64,000 nucleotides of DNA from an uncultured Chloroflexia bacterium (GCA_963766735.1 CAVYBU010000004.1:96001-160000), one strand, 5' to 3'. Shown: positions 31,990 to 41,317, counted from the first letter of the stretch. The notes: generated by a model not told the origin, from the sequence alone. Translations and numbers: made by a program.

Positions 31990-32775
31990 TCAGGCCGGTG
32001 CCGAACGGGCGGCCGGCCGGGATCGGACCTCGTCCAGGAATGCCAGGGAGCGGGCATCCCGCTCCAGCGCGATCCGCATGAAATCGCGCATCGCGCCCTC
32101 AACCTCGCGTTCGATCGCACCGGTCAGGCGAAGCGCGGCGATGGCCTCGATGTCCAGGCGCTGGTACGCCTTCAGGAGCTTCAGCGCGTCAAGGCTCAGG
32201 CTGGCGCGATCTGCCGGCGGGCCGGGGCAGCGGTCGCACAGGACGCCGCCGAGGGGCGGGACCCAGCGGAACGAGCCGGTGGCCTCGAGCATCCGGTCGC
32301 ACTCGACGCAGCGATCCACCTCGGGGCGCTGGCCCAGCTCGTCGGCGAGGTGCATCTCGTACCAGCGCGCAACGCGCCCCGGGGCCATGCCGGCATCCAG
32401 CAGCTCATAGGCACGGCGCAGGAGCGCGTACAGGGGCTCCGCCTCGTGACGCTCCTCGAGACTCCGATCCGCCAGCTCCGCGATGTACCAGGCGGTGGCG
32501 GCGCTCTCCAGTGAGTCCCGGAGGTTCAGCCAGGCGTGCCCGACACGGACCTCGGTCACCACGTCGAACGTGCGGCCGCGGGCAAGCCCCACGTTGAGCT
32601 CCGCGAACGGCTCCAGCGAGCCGCCGAGCCGAGAGGTCGGCCGGCGGACGCCCTTGGCGATGATCCGGATCTTGCCGTGCTCCGGGGTGATCATCGTCAG
32701 GACGCGATCCGCCTCGCCCAGGTCGAATCTGGACAGGACGATGCCATCGGTGACATAGCGGCGCGGGGCGGGCAC
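31990..32775 (-). CDS. recO: DNA repair protein RecO
   Basis: GIVLSRFDLGEADRVLT...GK...AKGVRRPTSRLGGSLEPF; CVEC...GGVLCDRC Zn finger; SLAFL. Confidence 0.95.
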   Translation of the reverse strand: MPAPRRYVTDGIVLSRFDLGEADRVLTMITPEHGKIRIIAKGVRRPTSRLGGSLEPFAELNVGLARGRTFDVVTEVRVGHAWLNLRDSLESAATAWYIAELADRSLEERHEAEPLYALLRRAYELLDAGMAPGRVARWYEMHLADELGQRPEVDRCVECDRMLEATGSFRWVPPLGGVLCDRCPGPPADRASLSLDALKLLKAYQRLDIEAIAALRLTGAIEREVEGAMRDFMRIALERDARSLAFLDEVRSRPAARSAPA

Positions 32776-32778
32776 GAT

Positions 32779-32845
32779 CCGACGGTAGCACTCGCGACGG
32801 GCGGCGTCAGGGTGCGCGCGGGCCGACGGCAGCACTCGCGGCGGG
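32779..32845. repeat. Imperfect 23-bp direct repeat covering the recO promoter
   Basis: ccgacggtagcactcgcgacggg (32779-32801) and ccgacggcagcactcgcggcggg (32823-32845). Confidence 0.65.
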
Positions 32846-32945
32846 GGCTGGGGGCCAGTGCGATCCGGGGCCGGCGGGGGCGGACGGTCAGGATTCGGGC
32901 GGCGCGATGATCAGCGGCGCGACGTGCCCCGCCATGCCCTGCCGG

Positions 32946-33680
32946 TCACCCCGTGCCGGGGAGCGGCGCCTCCCTCGCCAGGCGAACAGCCTCTGCGGCC
33001 CCGCCTCGGAAAGCATCACCGTGCCCGGGCAGCACCAGCGAAGCCTCGACGGACTCCAGCCTCGAGAGCGACGCCAGCGCCTGCTCTGCATCCGCCGAGA
33101 ACGGCGCCACCTGCGGTCCGCTCCGGCCTGTCGGGACGGCATAGGTGCACATCGCATCTCCAACGAAGAGCGTGTCGTGACCCGGGAAGTGGAGCGCCGC
33201 GCTGCCGGATGTGTGCCCCGGGACGTGGATGACGCGCGGTGCCCCCGGTACGTCCAGCGTGGCGCCGTCGCCATACGAGGCCACCTCGCCCAGGTGCGGG
33301 ACGCGCATCAGCCCATGCCGCAACGCCCACCACCCGAAGCGCAGCATCGGCCCGATCTTCATCGCGCCGCCGCCCGCCGAGGGGTTCGGCACCTCGCCGC
33401 GCGCGAGGGCGGCATCCACCTCGTGCACCCACACCGGCCAGCCCCGCTCGCGGCGCGCGCGCTCGGCGAACCCCACGTGATCGCTGTGGCCGTGGGTCAG
33501 GACGATGGCGCGCACGTCATCGAGGGTCCGGCCCATCGTCGCCAGCTCCGGCACAAGGTGCCTCCAGAGCCCGGGCGCGCCGGCATCGATGATGGTGACC
33601 TCGCCCGATTCCTCCAGGAGGTATGCGTTGACGATGCTGTCCCCGCCAACGCGGCGGATCCGGGGGGCGATCTCTGCCAT
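32946..33680 (-). CDS. Metallo-beta-lactamase-fold hydrolase
   Basis: IIDAG, THGHSDHVG, PGHTSG, GDA, LPGHG. Confidence 0.9.
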   Translation of the reverse strand: MAEIAPRIRRVGGDSIVNAYLLEESGEVTIIDAGAPGLWRHLVPELATMGRTLDDVRAIVLTHGHSDHVGFAERARRERGWPVWVHEVDAALARGEVPNPSAGGGAMKIGPMLRFGWWALRHGLMRVPHLGEVASYGDGATLDVPGAPRVIHVPGHTSGSAALHFPGHDTLFVGDAMCTYAVPTGRSGPQVAPFSADAEQALASLSRLESVEASLVLPGHGDAFRGGAAEAVRLAREAPLPGTG

Positions 33681-33784
33681 TCGTGGAGGATATCGGACCG
33701 GGTTCGCCCTCCCACGTCCCTCCTCCGCCAACAGGCTACTCTCGGCGAACACGTTTGGCCCGGAAGCGGCTACACTCACCAACC

Positions 33785-34807
33785 ATGACCGTGTCGAACG
33801 ACATCGACCTCGCCCTGCTCCTCGCCGACACCGAGACGGAGATCCTCCGCGTCGTCGGCAACCGGGACGCCTCCACCGTCGGCGTGTACGAGATGATCCG
33901 GTACCACCTCGGGCTGGACGGATCGACGGGCCCGCGCGGCAAGCGGATGCGCCCCCTGCTGGGGCTCCTGGCGTACGCGTCCATCGCGGGCGACCACGCC
34001 GCCGCCCTGCCGGGCGCCGCGGCCGTGGAGCTGGGCCACAACTTCAGCCTCGTCCATGACGACATCGAGGACGGCGACGTCGAGCGGCGCCACCGAGCCA
34101 CGCTCTGGGCGATCCACGGCGTGCCCCAGGCGATCAACACGGGCGACCTGATCTTCAGCCTGAGTCGTGTCGCGCTCCACCGCCTCACGGATCTTGGCTT
34201 CAGCGACGCGAAGGTCCTCCGGCTCATGCGCCTCTACGACGAGACGTGCGTGATGCTGTGCGAGGGCCAGTACATCGACATCGCGACGTCGGGATCCGAC
34301 CAGCCGATGACGGTCGGGCTCTACTTCGACATGATCGGCCGCAAGACCGCGGCTCTCATCTCCGCCTCCATCGAGGCCGGGGCACTGCTCGCCACGGACG
34401 ACGAGGCGATCATCACCGGCTACCGCCGGTTCGGGTGGTCGCTGGGCCTGGCGTTCCAGCTCAACGACGACCTGCTGGGCATCTGGGGACAGGAGCAGAA
34501 CACGGGCAAGGTGCCCACGGACGTGGCGCGCCACAAGAAGACGCTGCCGGTGCTGTACGCATTCGAGAACGCTGCACCCGCCGAGCGAGACCGCCTGGCC
34601 ACCCTGTACGCGATCGCCGACCCGACCGGCGCGCAGATCGAGGAGATCGTCACGATCCTGGAGCAGTCCGGCGCCCGGGACTTCACCCGCGCGGAGGCAC
34701 ATCGCCACCGCGACGCGTGCCTGGCCGAGCTCGATGGGCTGGACGTGATCGGCGATGCGGCGCGCGAGCGCCTGCGCGGGATCATCCACACGGTGATCAG
34801 CGCCTAG
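33785..34807 (+). CDS. Polyprenyl diphosphate synthase (GGPP/IdsA-like)
   Basis: GKRMRP, HNFSLVHDDIED..RRHR, GQYID, KTAAL, FQLNDD, KKT. Confidence 0.92.
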   Translation: MTVSNDIDLALLLADTETEILRVVGNRDASTVGVYEMIRYHLGLDGSTGPRGKRMRPLLGLLAYASIAGDHAAALPGAAAVELGHNFSLVHDDIEDGDVERRHRATLWAIHGVPQAINTGDLIFSLSRVALHRLTDLGFSDAKVLRLMRLYDETCVMLCEGQYIDIATSGSDQPMTVGLYFDMIGRKTAALISASIEAGALLATDDEAIITGYRRFGWSLGLAFQLNDDLLGIWGQEQNTGKVPTDVARHKKTLPVLYAFENAAPAERDRLATLYAIADPTGAQIEEIVTILEQSGARDFTRAEAHRHRDACLAELDGLDVIGDAARERLRGIIHTVISA

Positions 34808-34808
34808 A

Positions 34809-35645
34809 TCAGGCCTCGTCCCTGGGCGACGCCTCCGAGTTCGGCGATGCGGCGGGCGACGCCTCCGCGGGTGACAGCTCCGAGGGAGAGGGCGCCGAGA
34901 GCGCCAGCCGATCGACCGGCGTCACCAGGATCCCCATCTGGCTGCGGAGCTCGCCCAGCCGCACGTCCGTCTCGGCCTGTCGCTGGGCCTCCTCGATCTC
35001 GAGCATCTGCATGTCGACGTTGGCGCCACTGATCTCCGTCATGGCCTGGGCGGCGGCCAGCCGCCGGTCGATCTTGTCGCTCACCTCTTCGAGCGTCGGG
35101 GAGTCACTCTCCACCGATGCCGTGAGCTGGCGCATCGCCGCGTTCATCTGCTCCTGCATCTCCGCCTGATCGAGCCTGCTCAGCAGCGATTCCCGCACCG
35201 CGAGCCTCTTCTGCAACGCCATCGAGCTGGTTCTCACGGCCTGCTTCGCGCGATCGGAGGCGGCGGTGGCATCCAGCAGGGACCGCTTGAGCGACTCGAT
35301 TTCGCGTTCCAGGGCGATCTGGCGGGCGACGAACGACTCGGCAGCCTGGGTGAGGCTCGCGACCTTCGAGGCGTCGCCGGCCCTTTCGGCCTGATCGGCC
35401 AGCAGGACCGCCTGTCGAGCCGATGCCGTCACGCGCCCGTACTCCTCGATCGACCTGTCCAGTCGGGCCTGGAGCTGGACCTGGTTCGCGACCACGTTGG
35501 CCGCCTGCTCTGTGAGCAGGCGGTGTTGTTCGCGCGCCTCTCCGATCGCCTGCTCCAGCTGCACTTTCGGGTCAGCGATCTCCTCCAGCTGCATGCCCAG
35601 CTTGGTCCCCAGATACCGCCACCATCGACGGATCGCCTTCAGCAT
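34809..35645 (-). CDS. pspA: PspA/IM30 family (bacterial ESCRT-III), actinobacterial Rv2744c-like
   Basis: Amphipathic N-helix MLKAIRRWWRYL; ADPKVQLEQAI..A..QH..L..QAANVVANQ; LLSRLDQAEMQEQMN; PTLEEV..KIDRR; RLGELRSQMG. Confidence 0.9.
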   Translation of the reverse strand: MLKAIRRWWRYLGTKLGMQLEEIADPKVQLEQAIGEAREQHRLLTEQAANVVANQVQLQARLDRSIEEYGRVTASARQAVLLADQAERAGDASKVASLTQAAESFVARQIALEREIESLKRSLLDATAASDRAKQAVRTSSMALQKRLAVRESLLSRLDQAEMQEQMNAAMRQLTASVESDSPTLEEVSDKIDRRLAAAQAMTEISGANVDMQMLEIEEAQRQAETDVRLGELRSQMGILVTPVDRLALSAPSPSELSPAEASPAASPNSEASPRDEA

Positions 35646-35682
35646 CGAGCCTGTCCTCTCTGTCGATTGCCACTCTCCGTGG

Positions 35683-37221
35683 TCACGGCCGGATCCTCCG
35701 GTGGCCGGATCCCGTGTTGGTCGGGCTGTGGCCCAGCAGCCGTTGCATGCCGTCGCGAGCTCCGCGGATCGCGACGCGGATGCCGTCGGCGGCACCGGAC
35801 AACGCGATGCGAAGCCGCTGCCGCGCGTCCGACAGCGAGCGGCGGAGCGACCGAGCAGCGCCCGAGATCGCCGCTGACAGAGCCCTCGCCGCGGCCGCCA
35901 GCACCCTCGCCGCGGCCACGACTGGCGGCCGGATTGCTGACAGCGCCGAGCCTACGATCCGCCGGGCGGCACGGCCCGTGACCACGAACGCAACGATGAT
36001 GACGAGCAGCATCGTTCGCACTGCCCGGAGGGCCGGTGCGATGAGCCCGTCCATGACGAGACGTGATGTCCTCGCGATGAACCCGACAGCCCTGGAGACG
36101 GCCGCAGCCAGGGCGGAGGCTACGCGGCGGGTCGTAGCGGCCATAGCGCGGAAGGCGGCCACGAGCCCCTGGGTCGCGAGGCGGAACGGCGGCCCGAGGA
36201 CGAGCGCGATCGCCCGGGCCGTCGACCTGAGGGCATGCGCCGTGGCAAACACCATCGCCCGGATCAAGACGCCCGCGAAATGGAAGGTCATGCGCAGGGC
36301 CAGAACCCCGGCCAGGAACGCGACCAAGGCACGCGCGAGGAGCCGTCCGACAGTTCGGCCGGACACCCTTGCCACCGGGCGAAGCGCGACGAGCAGGCGA
36401 ATCAGGCTCCTTCCAGCCAGGCGGAAACCGACGGCCAGGCCATGACCAACAGCGCGGAGGACGTCCGCGAACCCGTGGGCAGCGACCCGCAGGACGGCGG
36501 CGATACGGCGTCCGAGCTCGGCGAGGACGTGGCCGGCGGCGCGGAGGACGTCCGCGAACGCGTGGGCAGCGACCCGCAGGACGGCGGCGATGCGGCGTCC
36601 GAGCTCGGCGAGGACGTGGCCGGCGGCGCGGACTGGCCGGGCAAGCTGGTGAGCGATCGCCTTGAGCACGACCACCAGGCGGCGGCCGAGCTCGGCGAGG
36701 ACATGGCCGGCGGCGCGGAGGACGTCTGCGGTCGCGTGGCCGGCGGCGCGCAGCACGGCGGCGACCCGCCTGCCGAATTCGGCAAGAACGTGGCCCAGCG
36801 CGCGGATAGGCCGGGCAACCTGGTGAGCGATGGCCTTGAGCACGACAACGAGGCGGCGGCCGAGCTCGGCGAGGACATGGCCGGCGGCGCGCAGCACGTC
36901 GGCCGCGGCGTGGCCGACGGCGCGCAGGACCGCGGCGACCCTCCGCCCGAGCTTGGCGAGCACGTTCCCGACCGCACGCAGGACGTCCTCAGCCGCGCGG
37001 CCAACCGCGAGGGCACCGGCCGCCACGCGTCGTATCGCGACCTCGGCAACCTTGACCAAGGTCTCCATGGTCCAGGCAACGCCATGCAGCGTTGCCCGGA
37101 CGATCCAGCGAGCCGAGAGGTAGCCGGCGACGAAGGGCATCATCAGCCAGACCAGAGGGCCGCTTGTCGCACGCGGCACCACCACCGGGGATCGCTCCCC
37201 CGCTCCTTCCTCAGGCAACAT
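35683..37221 (-). CDS. 512-aa Ala/Val/Arg-rich protein with 29-aa (18+11) amphipathic helical repeats
   Basis: ATG at 37221 overlaps the end of the upstream gene; the stop lies 37 bp before pspA; regular hydrophobic/basic periodicity throughout. Confidence 0.7.
   Translation of the reverse strand: MLPEEGAGERSPVVVPRATSGPLVWLMMPFVAGYLSARWIVRATLHGVAWTMETLVKVAEVAIRRVAAGALAVGRAAEDVLRAVGNVLAKLGRRVAAVLRAVGHAAADVLRAAGHVLAELGRRLVVVLKAIAHQVARPIRALGHVLAEFGRRVAAVLRAAGHATADVLRAAGHVLAELGRRLVVVLKAIAHQLARPVRAAGHVLAELGRRIAAVLRVAAHAFADVLRAAGHVLAELGRRIAAVLRVAAHGFADVLRAVGHGLAVGFRLAGRSLIRLLVALRPVARVSGRTVGRLLARALVAFLAGVLALRMTFHFAGVLIRAMVFATAHALRSTARAIALVLGPPFRLATQGLVAAFRAMAATTRRVASALAAAVSRAVGFIARTSRLVMDGLIAPALRAVRTMLLVIIVAFVVTGRAARRIVGSALSAIRPPVVAAARVLAAAARALSAAISGAARSLRRSLSDARQRLRIALSGAADGIRVAIRGARDGMQRLLGHSPTNTGSGHRRIRP
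36430..36984 (-). repeat. Coding tandem repeat, 87-bp unit, about 6.4 copies
   Basis: Alternating 18-mers (VLRAAGHVLAELGRRxxx) and 11-mers (VLRAVGHAAAD / VLKAIAHQVAR / VLRVAAHAFAD). Confidence 0.9.
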
Positions 37222-38032
37222 CTTCCGGGTTCCCGCTTCGCAGGCGCGTCCGGAGCCGCTCGAGCTCGTCCACCGCGCCGACGCCCGTCCCCGCCTCGAG
37301 CTCCTCGCGTGCTCTCGCCACGGCTGCCGCACGTTCGCGAGCACCCTCGGTGACGTCGGTGTCATCGCGCATCCTCGCGCGCTGCCACGCACGGCTCCCC
37401 CGGACGATCTGGGCGGTGAGATCACGGATCGCCCGTGTCCGGCGCTCGACGTACTCGCGCTCCTCGTCGCTGAGCGGCGGCCTCCCATCGAGCAGCGAGG
37501 CGACCTCGAGCAGCGCGGCGTGCCCCGCCTCGAGGGCCGCGGAGCTCACGGGCACGCCCGGAAGGCTGGCCGCGTGCTGGAGCGAGTCGTATGACCCCAC
37601 GAGCGCCCCGACGGTCGCGTCCGAGGCATCGAGCGCATGGCCGGCTCGAAGCACGCGACGCCTGCGCCGCACGATCCGGCGCTCGCGTGCCGCCCGGACG
37701 ATGCTGCGGGCCGGGAGCGCGACACCCAGCACGATCGCGACGATGCCGATGATGAACCAGGGGCCGGCACCTCCGGTCAGCCATGACCACAGCACCAGGG
37801 CGATGCCTCCGCCCACGAGGACGACATCGAACAGCCCGGGGCCCTCATCGGTACTCGGTCCGAATACCTCGTCGATGATCACGTCGAGGTCGTCGCCCCT
37901 GGCGGCGCCGACGTCATCGAGGACACGGAGGGGACCGGGCGTCCTGGGGACCACGACGATCTGCCGTTCGGGTGAACCGTTCGCCGACCGATCCTCGTCC
38001 TCGCCAGACTGCCGCGCGTCGTGGCCCGTCAT
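37211..38032 (-). CDS. Two-TM membrane protein with a helical cytoplasmic domain (possible PspM-like PspA anchor)
   Basis: TM hairpin VVLVGGGIALVLWSWL-WFIIGIVAIVLGVAL followed by an Arg-rich stretch; first gene of the pspA unit. Confidence 0.7.
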   Translation of the reverse strand: MTGHDARQSGEDEDRSANGSPERQIVVVPRTPGPLRVLDDVGAARGDDLDVIIDEVFGPSTDEGPGLFDVVLVGGGIALVLWSWLTGGAGPWFIIGIVAIVLGVALPARSIVRAARERRIVRRRRRVLRAGHALDASDATVGALVGSYDSLQHAASLPGVPVSSAALEAGHAALLEVASLLDGRPPLSDEEREYVERRTRAIRDLTAQIVRGSRAWQRARMRDDTDVTEGARERAAAVARAREELEAGTGVGAVDELERLRTRLRSGNPEDVA

Positions 38033-38120
38033 CTGTCACCACCCTCAGCCGCTGGACGGCCGAAGCCGGACGCTTTCAAGCGCATGCTGAGCCCACAGGC
38101 GGGCACGTGACGAGGGCCCA

Positions 38121-38410
38121 CGGACACCCGGTACGCATCTCCCAACGTCCGTCCCCGCCGCCCGTCCGTCCCGACCCGGCTGTGGGTCACTCCCCGTGTG
38201 GGATCGTCCCCGTGACACCAACGCGTGTCATCACCGGGGTGCTCACGCTCGGCTCGGGGGTCGAACCCCGGGTTCGGGACGCGAGTCACGCTCGTCCATC
38301 GCCCCGGTGACACATGGCGGGGTTGCGGGGGAGCGACGCGGAGTCGCGGGGTTGCGGTCGCGCGGGCGCGATGCGGCACGGGGAATGGGATGTGCGTCCG
38401 GACACCCGGT
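38121..38410. mobile_element. MITE/REP-like non-coding element with flanking direct repeats
   Basis: 12-bp direct repeat cggacacccggt at 38121-38132 and 38399-38410; inner ends acgcatctccca / tgggatgtgcgt are a 10/12 inverted match; contains the dispersed 94-bp core. Confidence 0.5.
38225..38318. repeat. 94-bp dispersed structured repeat, copy 1
   Basis: Matches 47057-47150 without gaps (82/94 identical by manual alignment); terminal stem gtgtca[tca]ccgggg / ccccggtgacac. Confidence 0.88.
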
Positions 38411-38543
38411 CGCCCGGGACCGCCGTCGATCGCTGGTCGGTGCATGACCGAATGACGCTCGTGCGCGGATTTCGTGACAGCGAATGCCGGAGGACCCCTG
38501 GGCCGCACCCCAGGGCCGGAATGTCGCTAGCGCCGGAGAGCCT

Positions 38544-39884
38544 CTACGACTCGTCCCCGCCGGCGACCGATTGATCGTCTGGGGCGTGCTCCAGCACGAC
38601 CATCACCTTGCCCACCCGCCGGCCGTCGGTCGTCTCCACCGTCATCCGAAGGCGTCCCAGCCGGATCTCGTCGCCCGGGCTGGGCACCCCGCCGATGCGG
38701 TGGTACACGAAGCCCCCGACCGTGTCGTACTCGTCCTCATCCTCGAGCGTGACCTTCATGTCCCAGAGGTCAAGCAGGTCGTCGATGGACGCGCGTCCGT
38801 CCACCCGGACGCGGTCCTCATCGAGCTGCTCGATGAGCGGCTCCTCTTCGTCGTACTCGTCCTGGATCTCACCCACGATCTCCTCCAGGAGATCCTCGAT
38901 GGTCACCAGGCCGGCGGTCCCGCCGTACTCGTCGAGCACGATCGCGAGGTGGACCTTTCGGCGCTGGAACTCGTGGAGCAGGTCGTCGATGGACATCGAC
39001 TCCGGCACAAAGACCGGGGTGCGCAACATCGTCCGCACGCTCGATCGGGCGGCCGCATCGGACTTGAGGAACGGGAGCAGGTCCTTGGCGTAGAGGATGC
39101 CCACGACCTCGTCCAGCGACTTGTCGTAGACGGGCACCCGCGAGTGCCCCTCCTCGATGATCGTGTCGATGGCGTCGTCGAAGGTGGCCGACGCGGGCAG
39201 CCCCACGATGGCGATCCGAGGGACCATGACCTCGTGTACGCGCCGGCTGCCGAGCTCGATGACCGCGTTGATCATCTGCTCCTCTTCGGCCTCCAGGATC
39301 CCCTGCTCGCCGCCGCGCTCCACGATGAGGCGCAGCTCGTCGGCCGTGATCTGGGCCTCCGAGGTGACCTCGGCACCGAACAGGCGTGTGATGGCGCGGG
39401 TGGCGGCCGTCAGGAACGCCACCAGGGGGCGGAGCGCCCGGCCGAGGATATCGACCGGTCCGGCGAGCCGCAGCGCGAAGATCTCCGGATGCGCGAGGGC
39501 GAGCGTCTTGGGCACGAGCTCGCCGAAGACGATTGTGAACAGCGACAGCAGGATCGTGACCAGGAGCAGCGAGAAGACGGCCGCGGGGCCCGAGTCCACG
39601 CCGACGCCGACCAGGACGTCGGACAACGCCACCGCCAGGCTGACGCCCGCGAAGGCCGAGGCGAGGAACCCGATGAACGTGATCGCGAGCTGGATGACCG
39701 CCAGGAAGCGACCGGGATCGTTGGTGAGACGGCGGACGCGCTTCGCCCCGCGGCGACCCTCGTCGACCAGCTGGTCTACCCGGCTCCGGCGCAGGGAGAC
39801 CAGCGCGATCTCGGCCGCCACGAACACCGCGTTGAGCATGACGAGCAGGACGATGAACCCGATCTCGAGCAGGGGGTTGCCCAT
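38544..39884 (-). CDS. HlyC/CorC family (CNNM + CBS pair + CorC) transporter
   Basis: NAVFVAAEIAL, QLAIT, FGELVPK, VMVPR, GHSRVPVY, VLDEYGGTAGLVTIEDLLEEIVGEIQDEYD. Confidence 0.93.
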   Translation of the reverse strand: MGNPLLEIGFIVLLVMLNAVFVAAEIALVSLRRSRVDQLVDEGRRGAKRVRRLTNDPGRFLAVIQLAITFIGFLASAFAGVSLAVALSDVLVGVGVDSGPAAVFSLLLVTILLSLFTIVFGELVPKTLALAHPEIFALRLAGPVDILGRALRPLVAFLTAATRAITRLFGAEVTSEAQITADELRLIVERGGEQGILEAEEEQMINAVIELGSRRVHEVMVPRIAIVGLPASATFDDAIDTIIEEGHSRVPVYDKSLDEVVGILYAKDLLPFLKSDAAARSSVRTMLRTPVFVPESMSIDDLLHEFQRRKVHLAIVLDEYGGTAGLVTIEDLLEEIVGEIQDEYDEEEPLIEQLDEDRVRVDGRASIDDLLDLWDMKVTLEDEDEYDTVGGFVYHRIGGVPSPGDEIRLGRLRMTVETTDGRRVGKVMVVLEHAPDDQSVAGGDES

Positions 39885-41317
39885 CAGGCGGACGGCTCGT
39901 CGGGGGGCGGCTCGTCAGCGGAAGGAGGCTCGAGGGGCGCGATGCGCCTGATCTCGCGGATCCGCGCCGGCACGCCCACGGCCATCTTGCCGGCCGGCAC
40001 GTCCTTCGTCACGACGGCCCCGGCGCCGGTCTTCGAATCGTCGCCCAGCGTCACCGGTGCGCGCAGCATCGTGTCCACGCCCAGGAACACCCTCTCTCCG
40101 ATCGTCGTCCGGTGCTTGGCCACGCCGTCGTAGTTGGCGGTGATCGTGCCCGCACCCACGTTCGTGTCGGCGCCCACGTCCGCATCGCCCAGGTAGCTGG
40201 CGTGATGCTGGCGGACGTGCTCGCCCAGGCGGCTGTTCTTGATCTCGGCGAAATTGCCGATCTCCGAGCGCGCTCCCACGTGCGCACCGGGTCGCAGGTG
40301 GGAGAAGGGGCCGATCGTGACGTCGTCCTCCACGGTGGATCGTTCGATGACGCTGGCCCAGATTGTGCACCGCTCCCCGATGACGGAATCGAGGATCTGC
40401 GTTCCGCTCGCGATGCGGGTCCCGGCGCCAATCGTGGTCCGGCCGCGCAGGATCACGTTCGGGTCCAGGGCGACGTCCTCGGCGAGAACCACCGCGTGAT
40501 CCAGGTACACAGTCGAGGGATCGGCCATCGTGACGCCGGCCCGCATCCAGCGGTCGTTCATCTCGACGCGCATGTCCCACTCGGCGCGGGCAAGCTGGGC
40601 ACGATCGTTGATCCCGGTCAGGCGCCCGTCGTCGTCAACGTCCAGCGCCGCCACGATCCGTCCGTCCTCGCGTGCGAACGCCACGAGGTGCGTGAGGTAC
40701 AACTCGCCGGTTGCAGGCGAAGGACGCAGATCGCCGATCCGGCGGCGCAGCCAGGACGCGTCGATGGCATAGAGGCCGGCGTTGATCTCGCCGATCTGGA
40801 GTTCCTCCTCGGAGGCGTCCTTCTCCTCGACGATCCGCTCCACGGTGCCGGCCTCGTTCCTCACGACCCGCCCCAGGCCCGAGGGATCGATGGCGGCGAC
40901 GGAGACCAGGGCTATGGCCGCGTGATCCATGGACCGGGCCTCGAGCAGCGCCGTCAGCAGATCCGCGTCAACCAGCGGCACGTCGCCCGACAGGACCAGC
41001 ACCTCCTCGACGTCGTCGGCGAGGGCCGCCAGGGCCGCTCGCAGGGCGTCGCCCGTTCCGCGGGGCACGTCCTGGATGGCGGTATCCGCCGTCTCCGCAA
41101 CCGCGTCGCGGACCTGCTCGGTCGCGGGTGAGTAGACCACCAGCGGCCTGGCGTCGGTGGCTGCGACCGCCGCGTCCAGGACGTACTCGATCATCGGCCG
41201 ACCGCAGAGCCGGTGGAGGACCTTGGGCACGGTCGACTTCATCCGCGTGCCGAGTCCTGCGGCGAGCACAACCGCAATCGTGCGCCGCACGGGTGCACGG
41301 GAAGTCGATGGGGTCAC
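39884..41317 (-). CDS. glmU: Bifunctional UDP-GlcNAc pyrophosphorylase / GlcN-1-P acetyltransferase
   Basis: LAAGLGTRMKS..PKVLH, SGDVP, EINAG, GELYLT, hexapeptide repeats GPFSHLRP, GNFAEIK, YLGDA, GAGTITANYDG. Start approximate. Confidence 0.95.
   Translation of the reverse strand: MTPSTSRAPVRRTIAVVLAAGLGTRMKSTVPKVLHRLCGRPMIEYVLDAAVAATDARPLVVYSPATEQVRDAVAETADTAIQDVPRGTGDALRAALAALADDVEEVLVLSGDVPLVDADLLTALLEARSMDHAAIALVSVAAIDPSGLGRVVRNEAGTVERIVEEKDASEEELQIGEINAGLYAIDASWLRRRIGDLRPSPATGELYLTHLVAFAREDGRIVAALDVDDDGRLTGINDRAQLARAEWDMRVEMNDRWMRAGVTMADPSTVYLDHAVVLAEDVALDPNVILRGRTTIGAGTRIASGTQILDSVIGERCTIWASVIERSTVEDDVTIGPFSHLRPGAHVGARSEIGNFAEIKNSRLGEHVRQHHASYLGDADVGADTNVGAGTITANYDGVAKHRTTIGERVFLGVDTMLRAPVTLGDDSKTGAGAVVTKDVPAGKMAVGVPARIREIRRIAPLEPPSADEPPPDEPSA

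Noticed and set aside
32779-32845. CIRCE operator (TAGCACTC half-site) upstream of recO
   Set aside because: No inverted second half at 9 bp; it is a direct duplication that overlaps an extended -10 element.
36430-36984. Possible CRISPR array or prophage tape-measure gene
   Set aside because: The repeats are in-frame 87-bp coding units with no unique spacers, and no cas or phage structural genes are present.
36235-37353. Acidic repeat ORF on the + strand (ELGEDVAGGAEDV...)
   Set aside because: Antisense shadow of the minus-strand repeat gene, which fits the pspA operon by orientation and start/stop overlap. Not formally excluded without expression data.
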